A stretch of 64,000 bases of DNA. Origin: Candidatus Latescibacterota bacterium. Its GTDB lineage: Bacteria > Latescibacterota > CBDEFO01. Under the pieces are notes generated by a model. The model had not been told where the DNA came from. It worked only from the letters and a program-made list of their open reading frames with translations, and did no database searches. The translations under genes were made by a program, and so were the position numbers. The stretch spans positions 1-64,000 of the forward strand of contig OZ252149.1 in the NCBI GenBank assembly GCA_965248755.1, given 5' to 3'. This document shows positions 11,648-22,037 of the stretch, one piece after another (the first letter of the stretch is position 1; every line of letters begins with the position of its first letter).

Positions 11648-14072
11648 ATGAAGACTCTTGCATTAACATTTCTCCTCTGCTCCTTTATTCAACCCTTAAA
11701 GTCCGATGTTTACCCCGAAGTTCTCTTCGAGTGCGCCATTATTCCGAAGGAATATGGAGCAGGTAAGCCTCTAATAGAGGCGACAAATGAACAAAATGTT
11801 CTTATAATTTTTGCCAAGTTCGCCGGTGAAGCCCCTTTCGATAATACAGCTCCATCCTACGCAGAAGATATTCTAGATCCAGACGTTCCGGGCAGCCTCA
11901 GCCACTTCTACTCCACCATGTCCTCAGGGGCCTTCACGATCAAAGGCTCATTCCTGGGAAAGAGGTACTCCTCAAATTCGTAGGCCTCTGATTATGTTTC
12001 AGAGACCTCGGAGACTGGTTTCGGAGATTTCGGCCGTTTTGTGACCGAAGTCCTCAAGAATATCAACGAAGACCCATCGGTAGATTTCGGAGATTACGAC
12101 AACGATGGCCCCGACGGGATACCTAATTCTGGAGACGACGACGGATTTGTGGATTTCATCTTCATCCACTTGAGGAGCAGACCGATAGGGTTTATATCAA
12201 AAACAGCCACAGGGGTGGCGATTTTGGGCTTTCCCCATACCTTTACCACCAACGACCAATCGGCGTCAGGGGGCTTCATCAAGATCCTCCCGGATAATGG
12301 GGCAATTGGGCGCACGTTTAACTTTAGCCACGCTGTGGGAACTATGGCGCACGAATATGGACATAAGTTAGGTATTGGTGACTACTACGATACTTCTTTT
12401 CTAAGACCCAAAGATGATTCTGCGGGGATAGGAGCGTGGGGCATCATGGGCAGAGGCACCCTGGGCTGGAACGAGAATGACGGTCCCAATCCCTTCTGCG
12501 CCTACAGCTTAGAGCAGTTGGGATGGATAGGAAAAGACAACGACAGATTGATAGAATTAAACCAGGACATCTCAGGGCTGGTAGTAGAGCCTTTCTGGAG
12601 CGGCGGCAATATCTATAAGATCGCGCTAAGCCAGACAGAATATTTTCTGCTTGCCAATAGGCAAAATTCCGTCAACTTCTACGACCGCAACATCCCCGGG
12701 AGTGGACTCTTGATATGGCATGTAAATACTGCCTTTAACGGCAACTCTGACGAAAGTAGAAAAGTGCTCGATTTAGAATGCGCTGATGGTCTCTATTTCG
12801 ATGCCGGATTCCCGTTGGGGAAAGATCCCGACCGGATAAACGGAAAGGATAATCTGGATTTCTGGGCCCATGATGAGGAATATGCCAAAAACAGAGATCA
12901 GATTTGCGCGATCGGACGTGCTGGGCAGGGGGACAGACCCTCAAAGGTGCGAGCTAATCGTAAGGGGAAAGATGAAAGCTGACAACGTTCTATTCACATC
13001 TGGGGGACCTAATCCTGAAAAGGGCGATTGGTACGGGATAGTCGTCCGTCGCCAGGGGACTGTGACTTTAAGAAGCTCGACTGTGGAGTACAGCCAATTC
13101 GGACTGACGGGACAATTTCCTTCCGGGCTGTCGTTCATCAGTTCCGTTGTGCGAAACACCTCAAGGACCGGAATCGATCTGCAAAACAGCAGAAAACTTG
13201 TCGTAATTGTCGACTCGGTCGTAGAGGGCTCAGAAGGAAAAGGTGTCGTTATATCAGGCCCCACGTATGTCTTGATAAACAGCACAACTATCTCGGGAAA
13301 CGCCCAGGGAGGCATAGTCTTGAGCGATTGCAGCTTTGAGATCAAAAATAGCACCTTTTCAAAAAATGGAGAGGGAGCCGAAATTAGTATCCAAAGGGGG
13401 AAAAGCAGTATCATAGAGAGAAACAATATAAGCGGCAAAACAGGAGTAGAAGTCTCTCAAACCCCACTGCTCTTGATAAGAGATAATACTTTCCAGAACA
13501 GCAATGTCGGAATCTCTTCGGCTTCGTCGTCGACTGTAATATCTAGGAACACTTTTCTGAACAACAAAGAGGCGATAGTAATAGAAAGCGGAAAGGCTTC
13601 TGTGGAACTTAACGCCTTTGTCGACAACGGGAAAAATGTGAGAAATCTATCTAAATCACCGGTAAGCGCAAATTTCAACTGGTGGGGGACATCAGACCCT
13701 CAGGACATAAGGGACAAACTAGATGGTCCGGTGGACTGGAGCATATTTCTCATGTCAGATCCCACCGTGCTGGACATACCCTTTGCCTTAGAGCAAAACT
13801 TCCCGAATCCCTTCAATTCCACCACGATCATACGCTACCAGATTCCAGCCACAACCAGCATTACAAGGGGCGGTAGAGCACTGCTTGTCATCTATGACAT
13901 CTTAGGGCAGAAGGTCAAAACACTTGTGGATGAGGATCCTCTTCCGGGTTTTCACTCTGTCTTCTGGGACGCTAGGGACGATAAAGGGAGAAAGGTATCC
14001 AGCGGGGTCTATTTCTACAGACTAACTGTGGCGCAATTTTTGGATACCAAGAAACTCCTACTGCTAAAATAA
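11648..14072 (+). pseudogene. M6 (immune inhibitor A) metalloprotease with beta-helix and FlgD/T9SS-like CTD, disrupted
   Basis: HEYGHKLG zinc motif; in-frame TAG at 11981; frame-shifting junction near 12890; QNFPNPFN C-terminal domain. Confidence 0.8.
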
Positions 14073-14087
14073 GTCCCAAAAACGCTG

Positions 14088-14116
14088 TTGACAAAAGTCC
14101 ATTTTGATTTTATCTT
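14088..14116 (+). promoter_or_regulatory. Sigma70-type promoter for tadA-tRNA-Ser
   Basis: TTGACA-N17-TATCTT. Confidence 0.6.
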
Positions 14117-14148
14117 ACAGTTACGGAAAATCTGTGGTCCTTTTGTGT

Positions 14149-14610
14149 ATGACCTCTATGCATGAAAAATGGATAAGATCGGCTCTGATATTGGCAGAAA
14201 GGGCGCGTAAGGAGGGCGAAATCCCGGTCGGTGCTGTCGTGGTTATGGACGACGAGATTATAGGCTCAGGCTACAATCAAACAGAGCATAAGAACGACCC
14301 GACGGCCCACGCTGAGATATTAGCTTTACGGTCGGCTTCAGGGCGCCTGGGCTTTCAAAGGCTTTCAGGATGCTCTCTTTACGTTACCTTAGAGCCGTGC
14401 CCCATGTGCTCTGGTGCACTTGTGTTATCCCGAATAGACCGTTTAGTTTTCGGAGCGAAAGATCCCAAATCAGGAGCCTGCGGCTCTCTGTACAACTTAG
14501 TTCAAGACAAAAGACTAAATCACAGACTCAAGGTCACATCAGGTATTTTAGAACAAGAGTGCAGCCAGCTCCTCAAATCGTTCTTTAGGAGTATAAGGGA
14601 AAACAGGTAA
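14149..14610 (+). CDS. tadA: tRNA adenosine(34) deaminase
   Basis: EIPVGAV, DPTAHAE, TLEPCPMC, DPKSGA; start 14149 or 14158. Confidence 0.93.
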   Translation: MTSMHEKWIRSALILAERARKEGEIPVGAVVVMDDEIIGSGYNQTEHKNDPTAHAEILALRSASGRLGFQRLSGCSLYVTLEPCPMCSGALVLSRIDRLVFGAKDPKSGACGSLYNLVQDKRLNHRLKVTSGILEQECSQLLKSFFRSIRENR

Positions 14611-14614
14611 AGGT

Positions 14615-14704
14615 GGAGAGGTGCCTGAGCGGTTGAAAGGGGCGGTCTCGAAAACCGTTGTATCTTTGCGGATACCGGGGGTTCGAATCCCTCCCTCTCC
14701 GCCA
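14615..14704 (+). tRNA. tRNA-Ser(CGA)
   Basis: GGAGAGG acceptor, anticodon loop CT-CGA-AA, long variable arm, GTTCGAATC, CCA end. Confidence 0.95.
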
Positions 14705-14714
14705 ACCTTATATC

Positions 14715-14808
14715 GGAGAGATGACCGAGTTGGTCGAAGGTGCACGACTGGAAATCGTGTGTGGGGTTAGAAGCCTCACCGAGGGTTCGAATCCCTCTCT
14801 CTCCGCCA
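14715..14808 (+). tRNA. tRNA-Ser(GGA)
   Basis: CACGA-CTGGAAA-TCGTG anticodon arm, long variable arm, GTTCGAATC, CCA end. Confidence 0.95.
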
Positions 14809-14831
14809 TTGACCTCACGCGCCACTAGGGT

Positions 14832-15206
14832 ATGCTTAATAACATAAAAATAAGAGTCGGAAATGTCGACTTAGCAGCAGAACTCAACGATTCCAACACA
14901 GCCAAAATGATCTGGGAAGCCCTCCCTATCTCATCCTCTTTCAGCACCTGGGGAGATGAGATATACTTCTCTATACCTGTGGAAGCCGGTGAGGAGAATG
15001 GAGCTGAAGTCGTCCAATTAGGAGATCTGGGATACTGGCCCCCGGGTACTGCCTTCTGCATATTCTACGGCAGGACTCCCGCAAGCGTAGGTGATGAAAT
15101 ACGCCCTGCAAGTGCAGTTAATATCGTAGGCAAAGTTACAGTCGATCCAACTGTACTCAAAGACGCAGTAAAATCGATTTCGTCGATATCTATAGAGAAA
15201 GCCTAA
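14832..15206 (+). CDS. Cyclophilin-like fold protein (TM1367/DUF369-like)
   Basis: TWGDEIYF, GDLGYWPPGTAFCIFYGRTP. Confidence 0.85.
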   Translation: MLNNIKIRVGNVDLAAELNDSNTAKMIWEALPISSSFSTWGDEIYFSIPVEAGEENGAEVVQLGDLGYWPPGTAFCIFYGRTPASVGDEIRPASAVNIVGKVTVDPTVLKDAVKSISSISIEKA

Positions 15207-15464
15207 GATGCAGTAAACAGTGCAGAATTTTTTTGGAAGGCCGCGTGATCATTTTAATAAGTTGCGGAAATAACCTCTGTTTCCATCTGGTTCTTTTAGT
15301 AGATACTGCAGACAATGTTGCCGAAAGCCAGATTATATACTTCGTACCACCAGCGACAGTTTTGCTCTATGCTTACTCATCGTCAGATAGATGTCAAATC
15401 CGACAGAAGTCAGCTTCTGCATTTCCATTGCGAAATCATCTACAACTGTGAAAGTCCTTGGGGA

Positions 15465-15581
15465 CGAACAGTTCAGAAATTACTCGGCCATAAGGATGTC
15501 AAAACGACAATGATTTATACTCACATTCTAAACCTAAACCGTGGTGGAAAGGGAGTGATAAGTCCTGCTGACAATTTGTAG
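15465..15581 (+). pseudogene. intI: Integron integrase C-terminal remnant
   Basis: [38 protein letters not shown] matches IntI box II, catalytic Tyr and the NRGG..V.SP.D tail; the rest of the gene is missing. Confidence 0.85.
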
Positions 15582-15601
15582 GAAATGATGTTGAATTGGG
15601 G

Positions 15602-15771
15602 TTTTATACAGTCTGTTTATAATTCCTACAAAACTTATGATAATTATGACGTAACAGAATGATATTTTTAGTATTACAGGTTTTTTCTTAATATTTCGGT
15701 GGGGTCTTATATAGCTCAAATAGCTGTATATAGGTTCTTAGCATAGAAAACTGTATAAGCCCTAGTTGGGC
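15602..15771 (+). repeat. attI-like platform copy 1
   Basis: Just 3' of the intI stump; ends GTATAAG-CCCTA-GTTGGGC (core 15765-15771); TATAAT at 15618. Confidence 0.8.
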
Positions 15772-15947
15772 TGCGCTTTCTTGGCCCTTGCCAGAGAAGG
15801 GGATCTTGCTATTGACCAATCTGGCCATTATCGAGATGAATGTTGAAAGAAGATGACTTTTTGAGACATATTAAACTATCTCAACAATGGGGTTGCGTAA
15901 AATTATTCACTTAGACCCAATATTGTTTATAGCGAGGAGGTTGTACG

Positions 15948-17138
15948 ATGTCTAGTAATCGAGGTGTGGCTTATATAAAACCGGGGGTGGTTGAAGTTCA
16001 AAGTATAGACTATCCCAAATTAGTATTGGGTGATCGTCATTGTCAGCACGGCGTAATCTTGAAGATCATTTCCACGAACATTTGTGGGAGCGATCAACAT
16101 ATGGTTCGAGGCCGAACAACCGCTCCAGCTGGACTGATCCTGGGTCACGAAATTACGGGCCAGGTTATCGAGGCGGGACGTGATGTTGAATTCATCGAGG
16201 TGGGTGATGTTGTTTCGGTGCCGTTCAACATTGCTTGTGGACGGTGTTCTAATTGCAAGGAAGGCAAAACGGGCATTTGTTTGAACGTGAACCCGGCTCG
16301 CCCGGGTGCTGCTTATGGTTACGTAGACATGGGCGGCTGGGTCGGCGGTCAAGCCGAATATGTAATGGTCCCCTATGCTGATTTTAATCTGTTGAAGTTC
16401 CCAGACAGAGATCAAGCCATGGAAAAGATCAAAGACCTGACGTTGTTGTCAGATATTTTCCCGACGGGCTATCATGGGGCCGTGTCGGCTGGTGTTGGGC
16501 CAGGCACAATTGTGTATGTTGCCGGGGCCGGTCCGGTTGGTTTGGCTTGTGCAGCGTCTTGTCAAATGCTTGGCGCCGCGGTTGTCATTGTTGGCGATAT
16601 GATCCCTGAACGATTAGCGCAAACGCGTAGTTTTGGCTGTGAGCCCATTGATCTACGTAAAGATGCTACGCTGGCGGAGCAAATCGAACAGATTGTTGGT
16701 GTGCCAGAAGTAGATGCTGCGGTTGATTGTGTCGGCTTTGAAGCGCGTGGGCATGGTAGTGATGCACGCGTGGAACACCCGGCCACAGTCTTGAACTCAA
16801 TTATGGACGTTACGCGTGCCGGCGGAGCCCTGGGTATACCGGGTCTCTATGTTACTGGTGACCCTGGCGCAACAGATGACAACGCCAAAATCGGTCTGCT
16901 AGGTATCCGGATCGGGTTGGGTTGGGCTAAGTCACATCACTTTACTACGGGACAGTGCCCAGTTATGAGGTACCATCGACAATTGATGAATTGCATTTTG
17001 TACGACAAGATTGAGATTGCCAAGGCCACGAATGTAACCGTCATTTCGCTTGACGAATCAGTGCAGGGGTACAAGGACTTTGATGCCGGCGCAGCCAAAA
17101 AATTTGTCATTGATCCGCACAGTATGATTGCTGCATAA
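15948..17138 (+). CDS. fdhA: Glutathione-independent formaldehyde dehydrogenase
   Basis: NICGSDQHMVRGRT, GHE, CGRCSNC, AYGYVDMGGW, LSDIFPTGYHGA, GLGWAKS. Confidence 0.93.
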   Translation: MSSNRGVAYIKPGVVEVQSIDYPKLVLGDRHCQHGVILKIISTNICGSDQHMVRGRTTAPAGLILGHEITGQVIEAGRDVEFIEVGDVVSVPFNIACGRCSNCKEGKTGICLNVNPARPGAAYGYVDMGGWVGGQAEYVMVPYADFNLLKFPDRDQAMEKIKDLTLLSDIFPTGYHGAVSAGVGPGTIVYVAGAGPVGLACAASCQMLGAAVVIVGDMIPERLAQTRSFGCEPIDLRKDATLAEQIEQIVGVPEVDAAVDCVGFEARGHGSDARVEHPATVLNSIMDVTRAGGALGIPGLYVTGDPGATDDNAKIGLLGIRIGLGWAKSHHFTTGQCPVMRYHRQLMNCILYDKIEIAKATNVTVISLDESVQGYKDFDAGAAKKFVIDPHSMIAA

Positions 17139-17920
17139 TAAAAGTGACCGGCTTAGTCCAACTCGGACTGTGAAGAGGCTTGTTTTGGGCCTACTTGATT
17201 CGTAAGATATAACGGTTCGTCAAATGAACTATATAGTCCGTGAAAATAATTACTTACGACAATACAAGAATTCTTACGACTCATTTCATACTGCTATATA
17301 ACCAAAAATCAGGAGGCTACTTATGAGTCCGGACAAGTTGAGCGGTCAAGCGCCGTTTGTGTTTACACATCGAGAAGATTTATATAATCTCCCCTCAGCA
17401 GCAAAGGAACACGAGGTAAATTTGCATGGTGGTTTTGCTGTTGATACCCGAGATGGCTATGGACAGATATACTATGGCATGCCAGGTTGCGGCATTATGC
17501 GAATCGATGCAGATTTGCAGAAGCAAGACATCATTAATCTGCCAGACGAGTTGACACCGTTGAACTTTCATGGCACCAAGATTGGCGAATTTGATGGCAA
17601 CCGGCGACTTTTTCTGCCCGCGGACAATGATGAAATGGTCGTCATCCTGAGCTTAGAGGGTAAAGTCGATTTTGTTTTGCCGCGACCTGTCTTTGATGAA
17701 TACCAGGCACAAGAGGTACCCTACAAACCGACCGACACGGTACTGGTAGGCAATCAACTTTACATTGCTGATGGTTATGGTTCAAATTACATCACTTCTG
17801 CGGATGTAAACACCCAACAATGGACGGGTATTTTTGGTGGCAAGACCGATGACCCCGAGGAAAACGGTAAATTTGCGACGGCCCACGGGATCGACTTTAA
17901 TCCAATTCATCACCATCTAG

Positions 17921-19546
17921 CCCCCATTCGCCATATTAGACCCGAAAAATGGTTGTCAAAGTCGCCAGAACATGTTATATTACAATAAATAAGACTCATA
18001 AATGGCGGATAAATATTGATCATCCAGAGGGTGAAAGAATGAAAGTAGGTTTTGATGGAGGAATAAAGCTTGAATTTCATGGTGCAAAGGTGACATCAAA
18101 CGGTGGACTTCTTGCGTATCGTGACCTTGATTACGCACTGGGATTATTTGATTCGGTATCAGCGGTTTTTACCGATAAACGCACAGGCCGTAATATCCAA
18201 CATGATATATCTACTCTCCTGCGTCAATCGATATACAGCCGTCTTGCAGGATATGAAGATGTAAATGACGCCGAGCGATTATCCGTTGATCCCGTCATGC
18301 GAGCGATTACCGGAAAGAAGGACAAAGGCAGGCAAGCTGCCAGCTCCAACACGATAGGACGTTTTGAAACTGATATACTGACTCAGCATGACAATCTCAG
18401 AAACTTGTCAGATATCAATGGCAAGTGGGTTCAAAAAGCGATGAGTAAAACACAGCATCAACGAATCATTCTGGACATGGACAGTTCGGAGAGTCCGGTA
18501 CATGGCCAGCAGGAAGGATCAGCTTACAACGGTCATTTCGGATGTACCTGTTTTCATCCAGTGTTCTGCTTCAATCAGTTCGGGGATTGTGAAGGAGTCC
18601 TACTTCGCTCTGGTAATGTTCACAGTGCTGATCGTTGGAAGGAAGTTCTGGAACCGATCGTCAAGAGATACGAGAGCAAGAAGAATAGGAAATACTTTCG
18701 AGGCGATGCTGCATTCGCAAAGCCTGAGATTTATGATTATCTGGAGGGAAACGGCTATTTGTATGCCATTCGGCTTCCCGCAAATGAGATACTCTATGAA
18801 AAGATACGATACCTGCTGACTCGGCCAGTTGGACGACCGCCGAGGAAACCGATTGTATCGTTATATGAATTTCAATATAAAGCGGCCAGTTGGGATCAAT
18901 CGAGGCGAGTGGTCGCCAAGGTTGAATGGCACCAAGGGGAGTTATTCCCAAGAGTGGGATTTATCGTGACCAACATGAGCGCCAAGCCAGAAGGCGTGGT
19001 ACACTTCTACAATGGCCGTGGCAGAGCTGAGCAGTGGATTAAGGAGGGCAAGTATGCTCTGAACTGGACCCGACTCTCATGCAAGCGTTTCGTCTCCAAT
19101 CAGGTGAGGCTCTGGCTGTTTGTTCTGGCTTACAACTTGGGCAACTTCCTGCGACGTTTTGTTCTTCCGAAGAAAATCAAACACTGGTCACTACGCAGCC
19201 TCCTCGTGAAATTTATCAAAATCGGAGCGAAGATTGTCAGACACAGCGGATATATTACGTTTCAAATGGCTGAGGTTGGGATAGACAAGAGGTTATTTGC
19301 CGAAATATTATCCCGGATTGAACGATTGCGATGTTATTCTGTTTAAACTGCCACATTTTTTTGTGAGTCGATGGAGAGGTGTCTCTAATTGGAGGATTTA
19401 AACACAAAGAAAGTGATAATTCAGAGGAAAATACTATTTTAATTGAAAAAAGTACTTGTTGAAAAATGTAAAAGTGGTAATATTAATTCAGAAACAAGAA
19501 TGTATCGAAATATAATCCCTCATGAATGTGATATGGGGAATGTCGG
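17921..19546 (+). mobile_element. IS1380-family insertion sequence, copy 2 (1626 bp)
   Basis: Same TIRs as copy 1; TSD TCTAG at 17916-17920 and 19547-19551. Confidence 0.95.
17949..19346 (+). CDS. IS1380-family DDE transposase
   Basis: Identical to copy 1 except one residue (GERM vs GERI). Confidence 0.95.
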   Translation: MVVKVARTCYITINKTHKWRINIDHPEGERMKVGFDGGIKLEFHGAKVTSNGGLLAYRDLDYALGLFDSVSAVFTDKRTGRNIQHDISTLLRQSIYSRLAGYEDVNDAERLSVDPVMRAITGKKDKGRQAASSNTIGRFETDILTQHDNLRNLSDINGKWVQKAMSKTQHQRIILDMDSSESPVHGQQEGSAYNGHFGCTCFHPVFCFNQFGDCEGVLLRSGNVHSADRWKEVLEPIVKRYESKKNRKYFRGDAAFAKPEIYDYLEGNGYLYAIRLPANEILYEKIRYLLTRPVGRPPRKPIVSLYEFQYKAASWDQSRRVVAKVEWHQGELFPRVGFIVTNMSAKPEGVVHFYNGRGRAEQWIKEGKYALNWTRLSCKRFVSNQVRLWLFVLAYNLGNFLRRFVLPKKIKHWSLRSLLVKFIKIGAKIVRHSGYITFQMAEVGIDKRLFAEILSRIERLRCYSV

Positions 19547-20102
19547 TCTAGATATTGCTGACCGTCCCCATTCACGCATTCAGGTTCATGATGTAGATGG
19601 TCGCTTTGTTGCTTCACACAAACTCCCATCAGGGGCATTGTTGTGTGGGATTAGTTACCTTGAATATCAAGAACGCTGGTATGCCGTCATCGGTTGTCTC
19701 GACGACCCAGAGGAAGATCGTCCTGCGCCTATCTACATTATAGATGCAGAGACCTATGAACTTCTGTCTACCATTCGTCCGAAAGAGGACTTAGGGATCG
19801 AACTGGCTCAACACCTACACAATGTTGTTTTACACATTCAAGATGATCAACTCTATCTCGTTTGTCAGGCATGGGATCCTGGTCACTACTTTGTATTGCA
19901 GAACATTTAATCAACTCAGGACCAATATTTGTATTGGCAGGTTGGGTTGAGGAACGCCACGCAAAAGTGCCTTGGAATAGAAAAAACACGTAACAGTGCC
20001 TCAACCTGAAGACGTGAGGCAGCTTCGTTATTGAGGGCCGTATTAGCCGGAAGGGAGGAAGTCGGTGCGTGTTGTTATTATTAAGAATTATAGCAACATC
20101 CA

Positions 20103-20223
20103 GCCCAACCAGCGCGTCAAGCTGACGCCTCAAGATCGGCTTTTAGTATAGTTGTCTTATGTACTTTGAGGTGAATTTTAATTGAGGATACGGCGGGCGC
20201 AGCTTACGCGCAGGCCGTTCGGC
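20103..20223 (+). other. attC site (121 bp)
   Basis: R'' GCCCAAC ... R' GTTCGGC; arms GCGCGT(C)AAGCTG(A)CGCC / GGCGCAGCTTACGCGC with two extrahelical bases. Confidence 0.88.
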
Positions 20224-20349
20224 AAGATAATCGGAGATTCAAAGTACTATTTGCATAAGAAGCAAGAAAATGTCTATTTTAACTTAGTTAGTGTAATTGG
20301 TGAATATATTTGGATAGATCAATACATATTAAAAAAAGCTGACAAGTCG
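20217..20349 (+). repeat. Conserved non-coding 3' flank B, copy 1
   Basis: GTTCGGCaagataat...aagctgacaagtcg, repeated at 24091-24225. Confidence 0.85.
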
Positions 20350-20451
20350 GTACAACCACACTGCTCTAATCCATGTGTGGGATTTGAAAGCTTTTCAGGC
20401 GTTGGTTCTGTCCTGTCTTTTTCCCAGTTTATGGTTGCGGAAATAACCCCT

Positions 20452-20546
20452 CAGGTTTTCTCTTAATATTTAAGTGGGGTCTTATATAGCTCAAATAGCT
20501 GTATATAGGTTCTTAGCTTAGAAAACTGTATAAGCTCTAGTTGGGC
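20452..20546 (+). repeat. attI-like platform copy 2
   Basis: Near-identical to 15677-15771; ends TAAGCTCTA-GTTGGGC. Confidence 0.8.
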
Positions 20547-20573
20547 GTATGAAAAAAACACTGGCGGTTAATC

Positions 20574-20792
20574 ATGACACAACTTCTTGAGAAAGCCTTT
20601 GAAGAGGCGTCAAAGTTGTCAGAATTGGAGCAAAATGCTCTGGCCCGATGGTTGATTGATGAAATCATATCCGAGAGAAAATGGGAAAAAGCATTTGCTG
20701 GGTCGGAAGATGTATTAGATAAACTGGCGGATGAGGCGCTTGCGGAGCACGCACAAGGCAAAACAAAACAATTAGATATTAATCAGCTTTGA
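20574..20792 (+). CDS. Type II antitoxin (addiction module component)
   Basis: 72 aa, acidic, MTQLLEKAF...W...LADEALAEH; overlaps the downstream RelE-like gene. Confidence 0.75.
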   Translation: MTQLLEKAFEEASKLSELEQNALARWLIDEIISERKWEKAFAGSEDVLDKLADEALAEHAQGKTKQLDINQL

Positions 20793-21068
20793 TATCACAT
20801 ACAACGGAGCGTTTTCGTAAATTACTAACAGAGCCTGCCAAAGGAAACCCAAAGGCAGGCGAGAGAGGCTTATGCGCAGTTCAAAAAAGACCCTTATCAT
20901 CCGGGGTTACACTTCAAACGAATACATTCAAAGCGTCCGATTCATGCAGTGCGCATTTCAAGAGATTATCGTGCTTTAGGCATACAGCAGGACAGCGAAA
21001 TAATCTGGTTCTGGATTGGTTCACATTCGGATTACGACAAGATGTTGAAACGGCTAAGGCACGGCTAA
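20789..21068 (+). pseudogene. RelE/ParE-like toxin with +1 frameshift near 20835
   Basis: Corrected frame: DPYHPGLHFKRI...VRISRDYRALG...IIWFWIGSHSDYD; stop overlaps GGCTAAC. Confidence 0.82.
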
Positions 21069-21145
21069 CCAGGCACTTCACCGTACCACCGAGCACACCT
21101 GTTGAATGGTTTGGAGTTTTGGCATCAAAGTCTCATACCGCCCCC

Positions 21146-21266
21146 TTAACAGAACGATATTTTTAATATTACAGGTTTTTTCTTAATATTTCAGTGGGGT
21201 CTTATATAGCTCAAATGGCTATATATAGGTGCTTAGCATAGAAAACTGTATAAGCCTTAGTTAGGC
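21146..21266 (+). repeat. attI-like platform copy 3
   Basis: Ends TAAGCCTTA-GTTAGGC. Confidence 0.8.
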
Positions 21267-21284
21267 GCACATGGAGCCAGCCAA

Positions 21285-22037
21285 GTGACCCGGCAAGCTT
21301 TACCTGAAGGCACAGCTTTCCTCGATCTCGCGTTCCGCACCGAGGACGGTTGTGCGAGCGCAACGCGAGAAATTCTGCCAAGTCTCGGCAAGAAGGCACC
21401 TGAGTGTCATGAGAGGCTGGGAGACCTTCTCTCGCTGTTGTACCGAGGAGCCTGCTGTTTCTACGGGTGTTCGGAGGGCGACCACTTCGGTCAACATATT
21501 GCAGGACGTGTAGTTTCGCATTCGCTTGGATCGTACCGCTTGCTCTGTTCGGGCTATTACGACGAGTCTCTCGCACTATCGCGGAATCTCGGAGAGGTCG
21601 CGAATCTGTTCTGGTTGTTCGTTCACCGGCCGGAGGAGCTGGAACGGTGGCGTCAATCCGACAAGAAGACGCGAATTAAAGATTTCTCTGCTTTTAGGAT
21701 TCGCCATGTCCTCGAAAAAGAAGGCATCCCCATACCAATAGATGAAACGCGGTACGCGGCGCTTTGCGAGGTCGCCGTGCACGTTAGCCCGGACACGACG
21801 CCGCAGGCTCATAATCCCCAAGAAATCCCTACACTTGGGTTGGTCTTTCAGATGAAAGGTTTTTTGGCCTCGCTCAATGAACTCTCGCTCGCTACGGGCG
21901 TATGTGCGGCCAGCCTCGTTCCTCTCCTCACTCTTGACGGAAGGGAACAAGAACTGAAGGAGAGGTCTGTGTCTCTAGTTCGCGCGGTGGGTGGAATTGA
22001 TCTTTCATCCCCGCACACCAGAATAGGAGGCGTCTAA
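21285..22037 (+). CDS. Cassette hypothetical protein, possibly DUF5677/HEPN-like helical
   Basis: 250 aa, RNLGE and YAALCEVAVH motifs; stop codon inside R'' GTCTAAC. Confidence 0.6.
   Translation: MTRQALPEGTAFLDLAFRTEDGCASATREILPSLGKKAPECHERLGDLLSLLYRGACCFYGCSEGDHFGQHIAGRVVSHSLGSYRLLCSGYYDESLALSRNLGEVANLFWLFVHRPEELERWRQSDKKTRIKDFSAFRIRHVLEKEGIPIPIDETRYAALCEVAVHVSPDTTPQAHNPQEIPTLGLVFQMKGFLASLNELSLATGVCAASLVPLLTLDGREQELKERSVSLVRAVGGIDLSSPHTRIGGV

Larger units (their letters stand above)
17323..19910 (+). pseudogene. NHL-repeat beta-propeller (peptidylglycine amidating lyase-like), split by IS1380
   Basis: KPTD, YIADGYGSNY, FATAHGI; removing the IS and one TCTAG restores ...HHLDIADRPHSRIQV... 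Confidence 0.82.

Noticed and set aside
14520..14825. Minus-strand ORFs over the tRNAs (and 24486-24752 over ffs)
   Set aside because: Shadow frames of structured RNA genes
6052..19546. Two inverted IS1380 copies as a composite transposon or inversion
   Set aside because: Each copy has its own matching TSD, indicating independent insertions with no exchange of flanks
19443..19910. ORFs 19443-19910 and 5571-6155 as native genes sharing an N-terminus
   Set aside because: The shared 35 residues come from the IS1380 right end
19988..20034. ACGTAAC...TGCCTCA/TGAGGCA...GTTATTG hairpin as an extra attC
   Set aside because: Only ~47 bp, lacks clear L boxes with extrahelical bases, and its R'' matches no upstream core
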